A stretch of DNA of 64,000 nucleotides from Bacillota bacterium (GTDB lineage: Bacteria; Bacillota_I; Bacilli_A; RF39; UBA660): NCBI GenBank assembly GCA_015059285.1, contig SVAS01000004.1:28782-92781 (forward strand), given 5' to 3'. Both the position numbers and the translations under genes were made by a program. Positions 62,047 through 64,000 of the stretch are shown in pieces. The first letter of the stretch is position 1. The number at the start of each line of letters is the position of its first letter. The notes under the pieces are model-generated. The model worked only from the letters and a program-made list of their open reading frames with translations, ran no database searches and had not been told where the DNA came from.

Positions 62047-64000
62047 ATGAAACAAATAAAAACAATTGATGGTAATGAAGCTTGTGCAAATACTGCTTAT
62101 ATGTTTACAGAAGTCGCAGGAATTTATCCTATAACTCCTTCTAGTCCAATGGCAGAATTAGCTGATGAATGGAGTAATAATGATAGGTTTAATCTTTTTA
62201 ATGATAAAGTAAAAGTAGTTGAAATGCAATCGGAAGCAGGTGCTAGTGGTATGGTACATGGTTCGCTTCAAGCTGGATGCTTAACAACAACATTTACAGC
62301 AAGTCAAGGACTACTTTTAATGATACCTAATATGTATAAAATAGCTGGTGAAATGCTTCCTGGAGTTATTCATGTAGCTGCTCGTAGTTTATCTACTCAT
62401 GCATTAAGTATTTTTGGAGATCATCAAGATATTTATGCCACAAGACAAACAGGTTTTTGTATGTTAGCGTCTTCTTCTGTTCAAGATGCAGCTTTACTTT
62501 CAGGAGTAGCGCATCTTGCAAGTATTAAATCATCTCTTCCTTTTATGCATTTTTTTGATGGATTTAGAACTAGTCATGAAATAAATAAAATAGAAGTCTT
62601 AGAAGAAGATGATTATAAAAAATTAATAGATTATAAAGCATTACAAAGATTTAGAAATAAAGCTTTAAATCCATTAAAACCTACAATTAAAGGAACTGCT
62701 CAAAATGATGATATTTATTTTCAAGTAACGGAAACTAGAAATAAATTTTATAGTGACGCTATAAAAATAGTTGATGAATATATGCAAAAAATCAATAAAA
62801 TAGCAGGTACTAATTATCATCCTTTTAACTATTATGGAAGTTTTAAAGCTAAAGAAATTATTATAGCAATGGGATCTGTTAATGAAACTATTAAAGAAGT
62901 AATAGATGTATTAAATAATGATGGTTATGAGGTAGGTTTAATTGAAGTTCATTTATATCGTCCTTTTTCTAAAGAACATTTAATTAATTCTATACCACCC
63001 AGTGTTAAAAAAATAGCTGTACTAGATAGAACTAAAGAAATAGGTAGTGGTGGGGAACCTTTATATTTAGATGTAGTAGAAGCTTTAAAAGATAAAGACA
63101 TAAAAATAGTTGGTGGAAGATATGGGTTATCTAGTAAAAATACAAACCCAGCATGTATTAAAGCTATTTATGATATGCTTAAAACTAATTTAAAAAATAA
63201 TTTTACAGTTGGTATAAATGATGATATTACTAATTTAAGTTTAGATTTAGATTCTAATTTTAAAATTGAAAATGCTTTAGAATTTTTGATTTATGGTTAT
63301 GGCAGTGATGGTATGGTTAGTGCATCTAAATCCATTATTAAAATGATTGGTAATGATACCGATAAGTTTGTACAAGGTTATTTTGAATATGATTCTAAAA
63401 AATCAGGTGGTGTTACAGTATCGCATTTAAGATTTTCTAAAGATAAAATTAGATCTACTTATTATGTAGAAAATCCTAGTTTAGTAGTAGTTACAAAAGA
63501 TAGTTATTTAGAAAATTTTGATGTCTTAGAAAAAATTAAAGAAAACGGAATATTTATTTTAAATACAGATAAAGAAGGTGTCGAACTAAATCAAATTTTA
63601 GGGTCCAAAAATACACAAATACTTAAAAGCCGTAATATCAGTTTTTATACTATAGATGCATATAAGCTTGCTGATATTGTGGGACTTGGACGCAAAATCA
63701 GTACCATTATGCAAAGCGCAATTCTTTATCTTACAAATATAGTTGATTATGAAAAGGCTAAAGAAGATATGAAATTATATGCTAAAAAAAGATATTATAA
63801 ACATGGTGAAAAAGTAATTAAAGCAAATTATGATGCTATTGATAAAAGTGTTGATTTCCTTAATAAAATAGCGGACATTGAAGTACCTCAAGAAGATATG
63901 AAAGAATTAAAAAAAGATTTATATCATGAAATTAATACAAGAAAAGGAAATCTTCTTTCAACTAGTGATTTATTGGAAATAGCTGATGGAACATTTAAAG
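62047..64000 (+). CDS. nifJ: Pyruvate:ferredoxin/flavodoxin oxidoreductase (3' partial; absent from the ORF track)
   Basis: MKQIKTIDGNEA...IYPITPSSPMAE...EMQSEAGA...TFTASQGLLLMIPNMYKIAGE. Confidence 0.92.
   Translation, partial: MKQIKTIDGNEACANTAYMFTEVAGIYPITPSSPMAELADEWSNNDRFNLFNDKVKVVEMQSEAGASGMVHGSLQAGCLTTTFTASQGLLLMIPNMYKIAGEMLPGVIHVAARSLSTHALSIFGDHQDIYATRQTGFCMLASSSVQDAALLSGVAHLASIKSSLPFMHFFDGFRTSHEINKIEVLEEDDYKKLIDYKALQRFRNKALNPLKPTIKGTAQNDDIYFQVTETRNKFYSDAIKIVDEYMQKINKIAGTNYHPFNYYGSFKAKEIIIAMGSVNETIKEVIDVLNNDGYEVGLIEVHLYRPFSKEHLINSIPPSVKKIAVLDRTKEIGSGGEPLYLDVVEALKDKDIKIVGGRYGLSSKNTNPACIKAIYDMLKTNLKNNFTVGINDDITNLSLDLDSNFKIENALEFLIYGYGSDGMVSASKSIIKMIGNDTDKFVQGYFEYDSKKSGGVTVSHLRFSKDKIRSTYYVENPSLVVVTKDSYLENFDVLEKIKENGIFILNTDKEGVELNQILGSKNTQILKSRNISFYTIDAYKLADIVGLGRKISTIMQSAILYLTNIVDYEKAKEDMKLYAKKRYYKHGEKVIKANYDAIDKSVDFLNKIADIEVPQEDMKELKKDLYHEINTRKGNLLSTSDLLEIADGTFK

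Noticed and set aside
1-64000. DGR template repeat, reverse transcriptase or Avd
   Set aside because: No AAC-rich copy of the VR and no ORF with RT motifs found by eye; they must lie outside the window if they exist.
1-64000. CRISPR arrays, tRNA/rRNA genes, transposases, integrases
   Set aside because: None recognisable in the sequence or the ORF track.

Overview
AT-rich chromosomal segment of a low-GC Bacillota (Bacilli) bacterium, probably an uncultured, genome-reduced lineage that retains sporulation genes (RF39/Erysipelotrichia-like; inferred). It is mostly housekeeping: clpB, two tandem murE plus mraY, hrcA-grpE-dnaK-pepF-dnaJ with CIRCE operators, trmB, clpC, spoIIAA-sigF-spoVAC/D/E, uvrA, deoD, secG, rlmN-prpC-prkC-rsgA-rpe and a partial PFOR. 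The main discovery is four dispersed paralogous type IV pilin-like genes ending in a C-type-lectin-like 'YW.SSA...GVRPVIEISK' domain. Two of them (12700-13752, 47488-48552) end in GC-rich segments differing at 17 positions, all in codon positions 1/2 of NNC/NNT codons. This is the signature of diversity-generating retroelement (DGR) adenine mutagenesis. No template repeat or reverse transcriptase is visible in the window, so these look like remote DGR targets. Also seen: an unannotated type I toxin-antitoxin-like locus, two MurE ligases with different specificity motifs, a spoIIA operon lacking spoIIAB, an HD/ADP-ribosyltransferase-like fusion and a candidate structured RNA.
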